Assembly: GCF_036321535.1 (NCBI RefSeq)
Contig: NC_087438.1
Coordinates: 1,180,001 to 1,244,000, forward strand
Direction of reading: 5' to 3'
DNA: 64,000 bases
Source of the DNA: Camelus dromedarius
Lineage: Eukaryota
Below the pieces are notes generated by a model. It was not told the DNA's origin, searched no databases, and saw only the letters and a list, made by a program, of their open reading frames with translations. The position numbers and the translations under genes were made by a program. Numbering within the stretch: the stretch's first letter is position 1; each line of letters starts with the position of its first letter. Of this stretch, positions 36,690 to 49,244 are shown piece by piece.

Positions 36690-38651
36690 CGGATGTTTAA
36701 GACCCGTGTACAAAAGAACAAACTTGAGCAGGCGGGCGATATGACTACCCAGCTCTGATAATTAAACCTCACTCAGTGCAGTGATGACCTGCTCAGACCC
36801 TTCGATGTTAGGAGTAGAAACACTGACCACCAGGTTGTGATGGTTCCCAACTGTCAGCCGACACCGTCGCTCTGTTACGGAGAAATGACACCTGGGAATC
36901 TTGAATTATGTGACTCAACTTTTAAAGAAGGAGACAGAGCTCAGGGAAGCAGAGCGAGCTGGAGCGAGACGAGCCGAGACGCCTTCCCACGTCCCCACCG
37001 CAGCCCTGCAAACCCTGTCCCGGGGTCTCTGCTTGTGGTCCCTCCCCGGGACAACAGTCATGCTCTGCCTGCGGTGGCCCCTTCGACGCCACGTGACTCC
37101 CAGCATCACTGCATCCGCCAAGACTGCCCGGCACACAGGTCAGGAAAGCTGGTTAATGTTAGAGAGAATTCTGAATGCCAGGTGGGATCCTCAGAGCAGG
37201 CTGGGTTTAGCCAGATGTCCCCAGACAGCGTTGATGCACAGATCTCCTTCCCAGCCAAACCCAGTCTCGTGCGCTGTGTCCACATGTTCCTTCGGTGGGC
37301 CTTTCCCTCAGTTAGACACTGAGGCCTGGGGTGTTGGACGGGCTCACCCCCTGGTCAGACAAAGCAGGACACTGTCAGTGAGAGCGTCTGCCGGAGGGAG
37401 AGATGAGGGCTTCTGCGCGTTAGGTATGCAGCTCCCAACTGAATGGCCATTCGAGTAGGTACCTGCCACCTTCCTGTGACCCCAGGCCAGAGCATCCCCT
37501 GAGCTTCCAGGGCGGCAGGTGACCGCGGTCAGCGCCAGGACCGCGGAGTCTCCTTCTGTGCTTGGCGGTCTGCTCGCCCTGTCCTGGGGGAACTGATAGT
37601 ATTTCTTCCTTTAGTAAAACGGGTAACCGTTGCGAAGCCAGCGAGGAGGGCGTGTGGGCACCACGTGCTCCTGGCTGCACGAGGCAGGCCGTCGCCGGGC
37701 GCAGCGTCCGGGCTGACACCTCTGCTCCTCTGCCTGACGGGTCTGTGCGCTGGCTCGTGAGCAATCAATACCGCTGCCCCGGCCCTCTCTCCGCAGGTGC
37801 GTTGATGGATTGTCTCGTCTTCCTGCGCCCCCACCTCCGTCCCGATTTTGTTATCACTTTGTTTCTCTTGCTTTAGGGTTGAGCGTCTGATAACATCTCA
37901 GCAGGATGACACAGAGAGAGTTTCCACGACCTTATCCCCCGGCGAGCGTGTCCCGGTGACTGAGTGCCGGCCATGCCTGCAAAGCCGGGGCCGTGTCGCC
38001 CAGGCTCCCCTGGCCGATTTATGAGCTGTGTTCCAGAGCCAGTGATTGCAGGCGTCTGTCGCTAGGCTTTTCTGCCAAAGGTGGCCCCGTGCACCATTCT
38101 ATTACCTGCGTTTAAGGAGACCAGCATCCGTTATACCAAGCCGTCTCTGGAAACGTGATTTACTCCCCCTGTGACGGGTGGGGATGGGGTGCTGAGAGCA
38201 AGTAGGGTGCAGCCGATCTGTCGCAAAGGGAGCCTCCTTACCTGCACGGAGGTCCCGTCAGGGACAAGCGGCGGGCCGCTCCTGCTCTAGGCGGCTTGTG
38301 GCCATCTGATGCTGTCACGCCCCAGCCCCGCTGCAGACGCTGGGCTCTGGGCTGCGCCCAGACCACCTGGGGCCCCACCCACTGCTCCGCAGCAGGAGGC
38401 ACATGCGGAGGCCGCCTGAGCTGGAACCCAGTTTGCTGCTCCAGACTGGGATCCCTGCCTTCTCTGCCCTCCTCCCGGCGGCGGCAAAACCCATTCTCCC
38501 CTCCCAGGTGGTGTAAGGACGGCGGTTCCTGGAGGCAGGTGGCGAGGACAGTGGAGGCACCTGCCCTTTAAGTCCGGGTTCCCACACCCACTCCTGAGTG
38601 GACTTGAGGGTCGAATCAGAGCGCTGCCCCTGGCCCCGTGTCTCCCTATAT

Positions 38652-38830
38652 CCCTGTCCCTGTGTCTGCCTCTCTCTCTGTCCCCCCTGCCATGTCTCTG
38701 TCCCTGTCCTTCTCTCTGTCCGCCCCCGGCTCTGTCCCTGTCTCTCTGTCCCCCCGGCCCTGTGCCTGTGTCCCTCTCTCTCTGTCCCCCCCCGGCTCTG
38801 TCCCTGTCCTTCTCTCTGTCCCCCCGGCTC
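38652..38830. repeat. Pyrimidine-rich minisatellite with imperfect ~30 bp units (ctgtccctgtccttctctctgtcccccccggct)
   Basis: About 5-6 imperfect tandem copies are directly visible. Confidence 0.85.
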
Positions 38831-40592
38831 ACTCCTCCTGTCTTGTTCTGTTTTCCCCTCTCTCTTTAACTATGAATTTGCTCCTCTTCATCTGAGATTC
38901 AACCACTCACCAGATGCTGAATTTCATGGGGTAATTACTAGGACGACATCTGATTCCAGAAGGTGATGACAGAGGTTGAGGATTCTTAGGAATTATACGC
39001 AGTCTAGAGATAAGATGTGTATTTAAAGATTTTTAATGCATTGAAAATCTGGCCATGTTTTTAATCCAAGATGCTCCTCCTTCCGGCCACTCACCGACCT
39101 TTAGTGACAGATGAGAGATTGTCCCTCGGGCTGGATCACTGATCTCAGGTCCCCAGCTCTGGGCTTCCACTAGGAGGGCTGGCACCCCTGCGGGAGGGGT
39201 CCCACGTGCAGCCCGCATCCCCAGGCCTTTGCCACACTTCTGTGTCTTCTCCAGCAGTTTTCATAAATGCTCCCCCTCTAAAAGCAGATTCTTCAAGATT
39301 AATATTAAATCATTCATTTATTAAAAAACAAACCGGACGTCTCCCGGGTCAGCTCGCCGGGCCCGGTGGCACCGAACTTCCTCACGAGGCACCTGACGCA
39401 CGTCCTGAGCCGCGTCCTTCTTTCTAATGCTTAACATCTCAGGTGTGTCCTCAGTTCCCACTGAAAATTTCATTGCCTCTCGAATGATTTTAGTTGGTTG
39501 GATGCTGTTAACTCCTGCCTTTTAGCTGCACATGAGTAGGAAAAGCCCACCATCCCCGGGCGGTGCGCCTGCCCCGCGACCCCGGCTCCACAGGGTCTGA
39601 GAGGGGCGGGGGGACGCCGTGCTGGCTTCAGATGAAATCCCTCATCAGGACTGAGCCCAGTCAGCGGAGCACTTTCTTCCTCACTTGGCGGGGCGTGCTC
39701 CCGTCCAACGTCCCGGGTGGACCAGCTCTCCTGGCAGAGAGGGGCCCCCGTCTCTGCCCCCACAAGGTGTGTCCCCCAACCTGGCTCTGCTGGGGACCCC
39801 TTGTCCTGCCCAACTGGGAGCTTCCCGGCCAGGTTGGGGCAGGACGGGCTCAGAAATTGCTGCGGGGTCTCAGTCCCCGCCCCTGTCGCGCCACACATCC
39901 CCAGAGACCCCGAGGAGGGGAGGGGAGGGGAGGGGCGCAGGCCCCTTGGCGGATGGCAGGGCTGGGTGAGGTCGCACTGCCGCCCCTGCCCCCCTGCTCT
40001 CTCAGCGAGCTGGGCTTCACGGCCGCCCGGGCTCAACCCCACACAGGAGAGAAAGCCCCATCCTCCAGCTCCCCGAAGGGTTAAAAGAGCACATGAAAAA
40101 TATCACGTTCCCTGCAGACCCCCCGGGGCTGAGTCTGTGTGTCCCCTCCCAGGGCCAGCCAGTGCTGGGCAGCAGGTGCCGGGCGGCGGGCTCACCTGCA
40201 GAGGGGACCGTGGGTGGTGCCAGCAGGAGCTGCTCTGCTGGAAAGGGGTGATAACTGGTGTTTTATTTTCCTTTTAAAAATTGTTGCTTTTCTTAGGAGT
40301 AATAAAAACAAATATAGCCGGGTGACAGTGATAAACCAGGGTAACTAACTGCTTAACTGACGGTAGTTTTAGAGTCACCTGCAATTAATTGTTGGTCAGG
40401 GCATTTTTGATTTTTTACTTTATTCTATTTTATTATTTTATTTTATCATGGTCCTGAGTTCTTGGTTACCCTTCTCTAGAATTTTTGTACATTTTCTCAG
40501 GGACCGTATTTTACCTGTTGGCGAGATAAGAGCCTAAAGCCCCCCAAATTACAAGTTCCAATAAAAGTTAATAACTGACAGCTCTGCTTTTT

Positions 40593-40710
40593 CCCTCAAA
40601 AAGTTAAAGACAGAACTCCCATCTGACCCAGCAATCCCACTCCGAGGTACGTACCCAAGAAATCTGAAAGCTGGGACTTTCAGAAATACTTCTGTGCTTA
40701 TGTTCACAAC
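40593..40710 (+). mobile_element. L1MB-like fragment
   Basis: cctcaaaaagttaaagacagaactcccatctgacccagcaatcccactccgaggtacgtacccaagaaatctgaaagc. Confidence 0.75.
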
Positions 40711-40799
40711 TTTGTCATATTTAGATTATCAATTCAGGGTCAGGATGTAATTTTTTTAAAGCTAGTTTAAGAACTCTTCATTAGAAATGATTTTGTGTT

Positions 40800-41235
40800 T
40801 TAGGCATCTCTGCAGCCTGAACCACAAAGGACACGCATTCCTGGTTCCGACAATTTCACTGCAATATGTCAATTTCAAGCAGGAAATCCGATCTGAATTT
40901 GCAACCCCCTCCTGCCTCTCTGAGAGTCGATAATTCACCATTTTAGGGCAACGGGCCCATTAACTCTGAACAGCTTGAGAATACACTCTCCATTGATCAG
41001 ATAAACAAGTCATGAGATATTTTATTACAAAATGATGGACCAATTTAGCCATCTTTTCACCAACAATGGACTTCTATTGAATGTGAAATGGCAAGAAATT
41101 TGCCTCCTTGGGGAGCTATCATGAGAAATACAAAGTGAAAGCTTATCACTAAAATGGCTCTTCTAAATGGATTTACACTGAATTCAACCCAAGTTTAAGC
41201 CAGACCTCTGATCAATGAAAGTTTTACAGAATGGT
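40800..41235. promoter_or_regulatory. Candidate conserved non-coding enhancer
   Basis: Unique AT-rich block without a long ORF, carrying SOX-like (cattga, acaatgg, ctattga), FOX (ataaaca), GATA (agataa, ttatca) and homeodomain (cattaa) motifs. Confidence 0.4.
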
Positions 41236-42199
41236 GATGGGTTTTCCTTTGTTAGTCTTATGCTATATTATTTGCAATATTTTGTTTCACATTTATATCA
41301 TAATGTTAGCTATTTCAGGATGTGTCTTATTGAAATACATTAATTATATTGGAAACTTATATAAGCATTGTTTGTCGTAATTCTGAATTCATCTTAGTAA
41401 GTGAAACAATTTTAAAGCATCTCATGAAGATTTTAAAATTATTTTTTAACTTAAAAACATACTGGTGATTGGCTAGGCTGCCTGGGCAGGGTGTGCAGGG
41501 AGCTGGTTTTCACATGTGAATCAACAGCACTCGTGACCAACAAAATGCAGGACCGGGGTGTTTGGGGGAAACATAAAGGAGGCTGTGGGGCTCGCCTTTC
41601 TGCACCCCTCTCACGCAGAGTCTTTTGAAGTGTGGGGCCGTGAAGATACAGCCGAGAAAACGTCTGAGAGCTGCAGAGGCAGGACAGCCCGATGCTGCCC
41701 AGGGCGCCCCGGCCGTCCTGCGGTGTCTGTGGGATGCTGCCGGCACGAGTGCATTCACCACCCCGCGGAACCCGCCACGCCCAACCTGCAGAGATGTCTG
41801 CGGCCATCCTGCTCCTACAGCGGAAGCTGCCCTGGAGCTGGCGTCTTCCTGGGGGTGTCTGCTGATGCCTGATGGTTTAGAGGGTCAGGTGGGGCAGGAG
41901 ACGAGACCTGGGAGGAGGGGAGATCATATCAGAGGCTCCTGCAAAGTTGGGACTTCTGAGGAGTGGCGTCCTTAGTGAAGATCGGGTAAACGTGCCTTCT
42001 AGAATGTGTTGCCTGTCTCTAAACTCTGACTCTGCCAGAGAGGATCAAAGGAAGACGTCCTGCTCATTCTGCTGCACATGACAGCAGCAAGTGAGAACAG
42101 CCCCTTCAAGGATTCCCACAGATGAACTTCTATGAGACACAAGCTCAAAAAAATTTATTAAGCAGAGGAGATGAGCTGTCACAGCCATGCATAAGCAGA

Positions 42200-43980
42200 C
42201 ACCGCATGCTGCCAAATCAGAACCACACACAGTTCAGATATCGGAATCATGAGAAACAGAATATGAAATAAATACATTTAAAGAAACAAAAGAGGAAACC
42301 CATAACATGAAGTAACAGAGACTACTGAAACTGACATGCTGAATTGACAAAGAGCCAAATAGAATTTCTAGAGGTAAAAAATACGGTAACAAAATAAAAG
42401 CAATGGGTCAGTCACATAGAAGCTTAGAAACTGAATTACAGCTTAAGTTGCTATAGGTAAAATCTGGATGACAGATTTTAGGAAATGACCCAGAATGTAC
42501 CACAGAGTTAGAAAGAGATGGAAAACGTGCCAGAGTTCAAAGCACATGATGCCAAGAGTAAGGATGGGTGAAAAAGCAGTATTCAGAGAGGTAGAACATT
42601 CCAGAGTTAACAGGCAGCAGACTGCAAATTCAGGAGGCCTAGTGAATCCCAAGCAAGACAGATAAAAAGAAATTCTCTTCAGGCATAATAATGAGACAGA
42701 AAGACAGCAAGGACAGGGATGAGTTTTCTCTTGTCAAGACAGGAATGAAGATTTACTACGAAGGGAGAACCATTCGGCAGCAGTAGGCTGAGAAATCCTC
42801 AAGGCTTCACAGACCTGGGAATCATTTGCATTCCAGGCAGCGTGGGGAGCCCTCACGGTGCCTGGGGCATCCGACAGAGCTCACAGGAGGGCGTCATGTC
42901 AGGGGCGGCTAGCTGAGCCCCAGGCCGTGTGCCCCTCTGACTTTCCCTCACAGAGCTTCAAAGCCATCCTCAAAAGGTCAAGATAATTTCAAAAGCTTAA
43001 ATGTAAACAAGAAAAACACAATATTCTTCAAAGGAATAGAACACAATGTGGCATCCAACAAAGTGAAATTAATGATTTTCCAACATCAATTGAAAAATAC
43101 ATCAGGGCAGGACAGTATGCTTCAGGATCAAGAGAAGAAGTCTAGTCAGTCGTTGCTCAATAGCTGCTTCTCATTAGGAGCCATGGAGGCCAGAGGAGGT
43201 GGACCAACAACTTCAAAGTGTTGGAAGAAGATAGCTTTTCAATCTCAGATATTGTATCCAGTGAAGGTGTCCAAGAAAGGAGGCAGAATAAGATATTTTC
43301 AAACATAACAATAAAACTCATCAGCAGCAGGCCTTCTGCACCACAAAAGATGCTGAAGACAGTTCTCTAAGATGAAGAATGGCACCAGATGGAAACCAGA
43401 CATTCAAAAAAGAGTACCAGGAATGGTGACTATGTGAAGAAATTCAAAATGTTGGGTTTTTTTCTTACTGACTTTGAATAAACCATAAACTGCTTTAAAA
43501 AACCTGTAACATTGTATCATTCAAAAGGACTGAAATAACAAAAAGTATGCCTTTGGACATGAATGAAATTTACCTAGAAATCAATAACAAAACATGCAGA
43601 ATTTCCTCAAATATTTGGAAGTTAAACAACTCAATTCTAAATCACCGAAACATCTCACCCTCAGCCCAACGTAAGAAATCAGTAAATATTCTGAACTGAA
43701 TGAAAATAAAATCACAACATACCAACAAATCACAGAATGCAGCTAAAGCTGCTCACAGAGGGCAATTAGTAGCCTTAAAATGCTCAGAAAAGAAGGAAGG
43801 ACTCACCTTAATGATCTAAGCTTCTCTTTATAAAAACTAGGAAAAGAAGAGAAACTCAAGCCTAAAATAAGCTGAAGCGAAGGAAGAGAATTTGGAAAGA
43901 CAATGGAATCACTGAAAGTCAATGAAGTAAAAAACGAGTTCTTTGTACAGATCAGCACAAGTGAGCAGCCTCCAGCCACG
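42200..43980 (+). mobile_element. Composite old L1 fragments (ORF1 and ORF2 pieces)
   Basis: gaatttctagaggtaaaaaatacggtaacaaaataaa (ORF1); QILYPVKVSK at ~43247; ctagaaatcaataac...aaatatttggaagttaaacaac...gcagctaaagc...aaactaggaaaagaagagaaa (ORF2). Confidence 0.75.
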
Positions 43981-46900
43981 GGGCAGCACGTCACAGTCCA
44001 GTGGGCGCAGGTCTGGCTCTTTTCTTTTGTTACGCCTTTAACTTCTCCTCCATATTCTCTGTCTGCCTTCTGGAACTTGTGTGTGGACCACATTTCTTAA
44101 CTCATCCCTTCGTTATTTGTCCTCCGTGATCGGGCTGGGTTATATGACCCCCCTATGGTCTCTAACAGTGTTGAGCTCATCTTTATGTTTTATTTCAGCC
44201 ATTCCATGTTCAATGTCCACCGGCTCTTCACGGCCTCCTTGTGAAGATCTGTCGGTCTACTTCTACGAGTGCAGCATCCTATTGCACCTTTCTGGGGTTC
44301 TGATAAGAAATGTACACATTTTTAGTTCTCTTCCCTTCTTTAGATTTCTTGCATTCCCTAGCATCAGGGGCAGAGAGCTCAGCATCTCCTGTCCATCTGG
44401 GGTTATGACGGTGTTTGTGGTCATCCAGAGGCACTTGCCTGTTCCTCTCCTGGCCTTGGACTCACCCTGAGAGCCTGAGCTCTTCCACGAAGACCACTCA
44501 GTATCCATGGGGACAGTTCCGTGCCCAGGCTGTGGGCAGTGCTGCTGCCACCGTCTGGCTGAAGCCGTATTAACGGATGACTTGCTTTCCTGTCCTGGGG
44601 GCCCTCTCTCCTGCCTCAGCCTAGGCCGCCCATCCCCGGCCTGCCACACACACAGTGGTAGAGCTTCTCGGGAGTCTGGCCAGGAGGGGTTTTCATTCTT
44701 AGCCACATCCTTGCTGCCCTGTTCTGTCCTGGGCTGGGACATCCCCACGTGGCTCCATCTGTCACACAAACCCCAGGTAGGCAAGGGTGCCCTATCCACT
44801 GCGCACAATCTTGGCTGTGCCACAGTGTGTGCGGCCCCTGCTGTGTTGGGAGCTTCAGCTGGCGTGTGTGGCGGGCACTTGCAAGCTCAGTCTACCACTT
44901 TACATCGCAAGTGTGCAAAACTGGCTGATGATTAATGGCTAAGACTGTTTAAGGGCTGTACCCGATGCTGGAGTGCAGGTGACCCCCCGACAGTGTGGGC
45001 AAGGCCCCTCGCCAGCTGCACCCCGGGGAGGCGTCAGTGTCATTTCCCTTGTTTGCCCACCTCTGCCCAACACGCTTACGCTGGCAGCTCACGGGGAGGC
45101 GCTCCGGGAGGCCCTGCCACTGACCTCGCAGAGCACAGGGTGCTGCATGGTCCCGACGCCCTGGGCCTGGGGCTGGTCCATGGGTGCTGCTGGGCTCCGC
45201 ACCCGTGGGCCTCCACCTGCCTGCCTCCCTCGGCCAGCCCGGCCCTGCTGCTCTCTGTTGCTGGCTTCTGACTCCAGAGACCCCAGCTCTCCGGTGTGGG
45301 CATGTCTCCTATGGCCATGCTTTGCTCAGCTGCTCCAGAACCCGGCACCGAGTGGCTCTTCCAGGACCTCTGGGACGCTGATGGCTCTCTCGATGGCCAC
45401 ACGGCCCGTGACAAGCAGGCCACGAGCACTCAGCATGCACCCGTGGCGTGATGAGTGGACTGGAGGCACACGAGGACGCCATCCTTAGGGGCCAGCTCCA
45501 CCATCCAGCTGCTGCTCCTGCTCTTGCCTATAAAGGTCATCCCTCTTCCCTGGTGACACATCAGCCTCCTCAGACAGTCCCTCACGTCTGCCCTCCAAGC
45601 TGGACTGGCCTCGCCTCTGCTTCTCCCTGGGGCCAGTGCCCTGGCAGGCTGGGGCGTACCTCACTGTCCCTTAGGAAGACAGTGTTTGTCACCCAGATTA
45701 ATAGTCGTATGAAGTATGTAGCATGCGCTGTGGTCTCAGGACTCATGTTTCAACCATGAATGGCTTCTAGGGGAAGTTACTCGTAAAAATGCCTCATTCA
45801 GCAAAACTAGTCGGACAGGCTCTTGACTGGAAAAAAAAGTTTACTGTTAGATGGAGGTTTTTTTTAAGGGAAAAAAAACTGAATTAAAAAATTATAATTT
45901 AAAGTCACGTAATAGAAATTGTTCATCTCCCAATCAACCTGTGGCGTCACAATCCTTTATTTTTTTAGAAAAGGTCACAGGGTTTTCTGAACTCCGAGTG
46001 TATTAGATTCAAGCAGTAAATGTGGATGCACCTGAGTTCATGTAGTAACGCTGATTATAAATCGGACAGTTTCTCAGGGGATGAACAACATAAATTAATC
46101 TTGTAGTTTTGATGTCTTAAAGTGAAAAAGAATGAAGTGGACATTATTCATTGATATTTAGAGAACATTAAACATCTCCTGCAGTTTATTTTTTCTATGG
46201 CTGAAACCATTTGAGGTTTGAACAACTGCTCCTTTTAAAGAGCAGAGAAAAAAGGCTGTACTTCTGCCGAGAAGGCTCCCTGGAGCACTAGACGTGCATG
46301 GAGGAAGTGGTCTCTGAGAAGCCGGAGCACCCTCCTGCCGGCTCTTCCGTGGCCGTCTGGGTCGTGACCCTCAGCTGGCTCACCCTTCCACTCCCCCTGT
46401 ACCGGGAAAGGCGTTTCAGCATCGGCCGTGGGAGGCGCCACCTTTCCCCTCTAGGAGGCCTGCTCGCATCTCGCCAGACTCGTGGCGTCTCAAGTTAGAG
46501 GTGGCCGGCCCCCCTTCAGCCCCTGTGGTGGTGTGACCGGGGTGCCCGGCCCGTGGACGGCGCCCACCCGCGCCGATGCAGGAGCAGGACTTTAAAGACT
46601 CAGTCCCTCCTGCCTGACGGCCCACGATACCTATCTGCACCGACGTCGCTGTCTTGCATTTCGTTTCTGTGTTTGTTAGTTGTTTATTTCCAGGCAACTG
46701 TTTTTAAAACTGAGATGATCCGAGATTTGCGATTAATCTGCATGTTTCGGCCGCGTCTGAGATCAGCACAGCTGGTTCCTGCTTTAGTGGCTCATGGGAG
46801 CTGCAGAGCCTGTGCAAGCGGTCGACTGCCGCATCCTCTCAGTAACCCCGGGCGGTGGCAGCCGGGAGCGCCTGCCCCGCGAGGCAGGGGGGCACGGGGG

Positions 46901-49244
46901 GGGGGGGGCGCGCCGGGCAGTCGCTTTGGGTGCGAAAAGCAGTAAGACGATTCAGAGCCTAAGGAGAAGCGTTTCGTCTGTCAGGCTGACGGACTTGTGC
47001 TTACAGTCGAACCTGAACGGGGCTCTGGATTTCTAGCAGAAGCCGAGAGTTTTCCTTAAATTAAAAAAAAGTAAGTTCCAGTTCATGTCAGCCAAGTCGC
47101 CAGGAGTTTTCAAAGTTTCCAGTGTCACTGAGTCTTAATGTCCTGCAAGCGGAGGGGACAGCTCTTGAGGGTTGCGCGCGGGTCACCGTGGTGAGGACAC
47201 ACACACTGAGAAGGAAAGCACACGGTGTGAAGCTCATTTACGCACTGGTGTCAACTGCTTTCAAGAAGAAATAAGAAAAAAACCTCGCCCCCGGAATGAC
47301 AACAGTGCCATTCTGGGGGCGACCCGAGCCCCAGGCGGGCCCTCGCAGCGCGGGGAGGCGGGACCGCCCAGAGCGGGCCTCTGGGGACAGCTGGCATCTG
47401 CGTGTCTGCCCCAGGGGTTCCTGTTGGAAGTGCGGTTCCCTCCCCCCGCTGAGCTGTGCTGGCCAGCCCAGCACGGTGCGTGAATCTCCACCCGGGCGGA
47501 GGCATCGGGAGCGGGGCAGGCCTGCCCGTTCCCTGCGACACTCCAGGCTGCCACAGCCCCGGCGAAGCCCAGGAGCCAGACTCACCCCCGGCAGACGCGT
47601 CCCCGAGAGCCCGCGACATCCCAGCCTGGACACTCCCTGTCCCGATGACCGACGTGGGGGAGCCCCGCCAGCCCCGCAAGTCTGATTGCACGCTCCGGAA
47701 AACACGCTCGGCCTTGCTCTCCGGGAATCCCCAGGAGCCGAAGCAGCAACAAGACAGCTTAAACACTACAGAAAGTCCCAGCCAAGGACTGGGACATGCG
47801 AGGATCCCCACCGCCCCTGGGGACGGACTCCAGGTGGGTGGGGCCTTCGGGCTGTCATCCAGTGTCCTCGCTGAAGAGGACTCCTGGCAGAGGTAATGGT
47901 CAAGTCTATGCCTGTTGGGTCACGTGGCTACAGCAATGCCAACAGGACACCAGGAAGAGAAGGAATGAAGTGCCTGGAAGCCGAGGGCCTGGGGTGGTGG
48001 GCGTGGGTGGGAAGGGGGTCGGGGGGCTCCCGCCTCGGCCAGCACAGGCACTGCAGGTCTGTCCTCGGCAGGGCCTTCGTGGATGACCTCGGCCTCAGTA
48101 GCTGGTCCGGGGGATGTGCTGACGTTCGAGGGGGTGTCCAGGTGGGAGCTGCAGGCAGCGTTGGTGGCCCATCCGCCAGGTTTGCGTGGGGCTGGTGAAG
48201 CCTCTGGGGGTGCACCCAGAAGACCAGAGCTGATGTCCTGTCAGGCACGAAGCTGGTCTCTCGTGGGCTCTGACTGCCGGTTGTTGACTTGGGATAAAGG
48301 GCTGAGACGGCGCTTGGCAGGCGGGGAGGAAGAGGTGGGCGCGGTGTGCACGGGGGAGGGGACGGCTGGGCAGACCCTCAGCCCATCGCGGAAGAGAGGG
48401 ACAAGGAGGAACAGGGCCACAGGACCCGGGCGGGAACGGTCAGCTCGGGGCCCCTGTGTTCTGAGCAGGCAGCACTGGGGGCCACGCACGCGCTGGAGTG
48501 GTCGGGCACAACATGCCAGGGCTTGGAGCTATGGCCTCAGCAGCCCTGGCATGTCCCTCGTGTCCCCTTAGTCCCCTTGCCGTCCAGAGCGGATGGTCTC
48601 ACAGCTGCAGGACGTGGGGCTCCCAGAGGCACGCACACCGACCGGCTCCCCGGCTCTGACTCTGGGGAGCTTGTCCCGTGTGGCTGGGCTAGCCTGGGCT
48701 GCTGTGGGGGGCCCTTCCGTGGGGAAGGGGGCAGCCTCTTGTAGAGAAGAATGTTCTGGAAACAGGCACCACTGGGAAGGTCCCTCTTCTTTGCAAAGAC
48801 CTGCTTTGAGGGGCTCCCATATCAGGGAACCTTGGGGAGTCCCCCTGCCTGAGGAAGCTCCGATGATGTCCAGAGAACATTCTTTTTTATTCAGCGCAGT
48901 CTGAGCATGGTCGCTGGGCTTTGAGGGAGGGTTGGAATTCGGCCAGCACAAAGTCCTAATGGACTGAGACATCACTGGAGTTGTCCCCTGGCCAGTCCTG
49001 GGGACAGTGGCCCCTGTGGGTGCAGCAGAGGGCTGCGTGGGGACCCCCGTGTGGGCTCCCCACCTTCTCCCCACGCAGATGAGCGCCCGTCATGCAGCAC
49101 CCCTCACAGAGAAACGCCTGCCGACCACGTCACTTACTTCTGCAAAATAAGTTACTTTAATAAGTCAGAGAGTGGCGAGGACTGACCGGTGCCAAGGGCA
49201 GGGGCAGCCTCCTGCGGGTGGTGGCGGGCATCGACCTGCGCTCT

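Noticed and set aside
38652..38830. Tandem units that might suggest a CRISPR-like array
   Set aside because: There are no unique spacers, the units are low-complexity, and the context is mammalian.
38287..38966. Repetitive ORFs (RDRDRAGGGQ / CPCLSVPP)
   Set aside because: These are translations of the pyrimidine-rich minisatellite.
44470..45760. Possible old LTR remnants
   Set aside because: Too diverged to assign a family or boundaries by eye.
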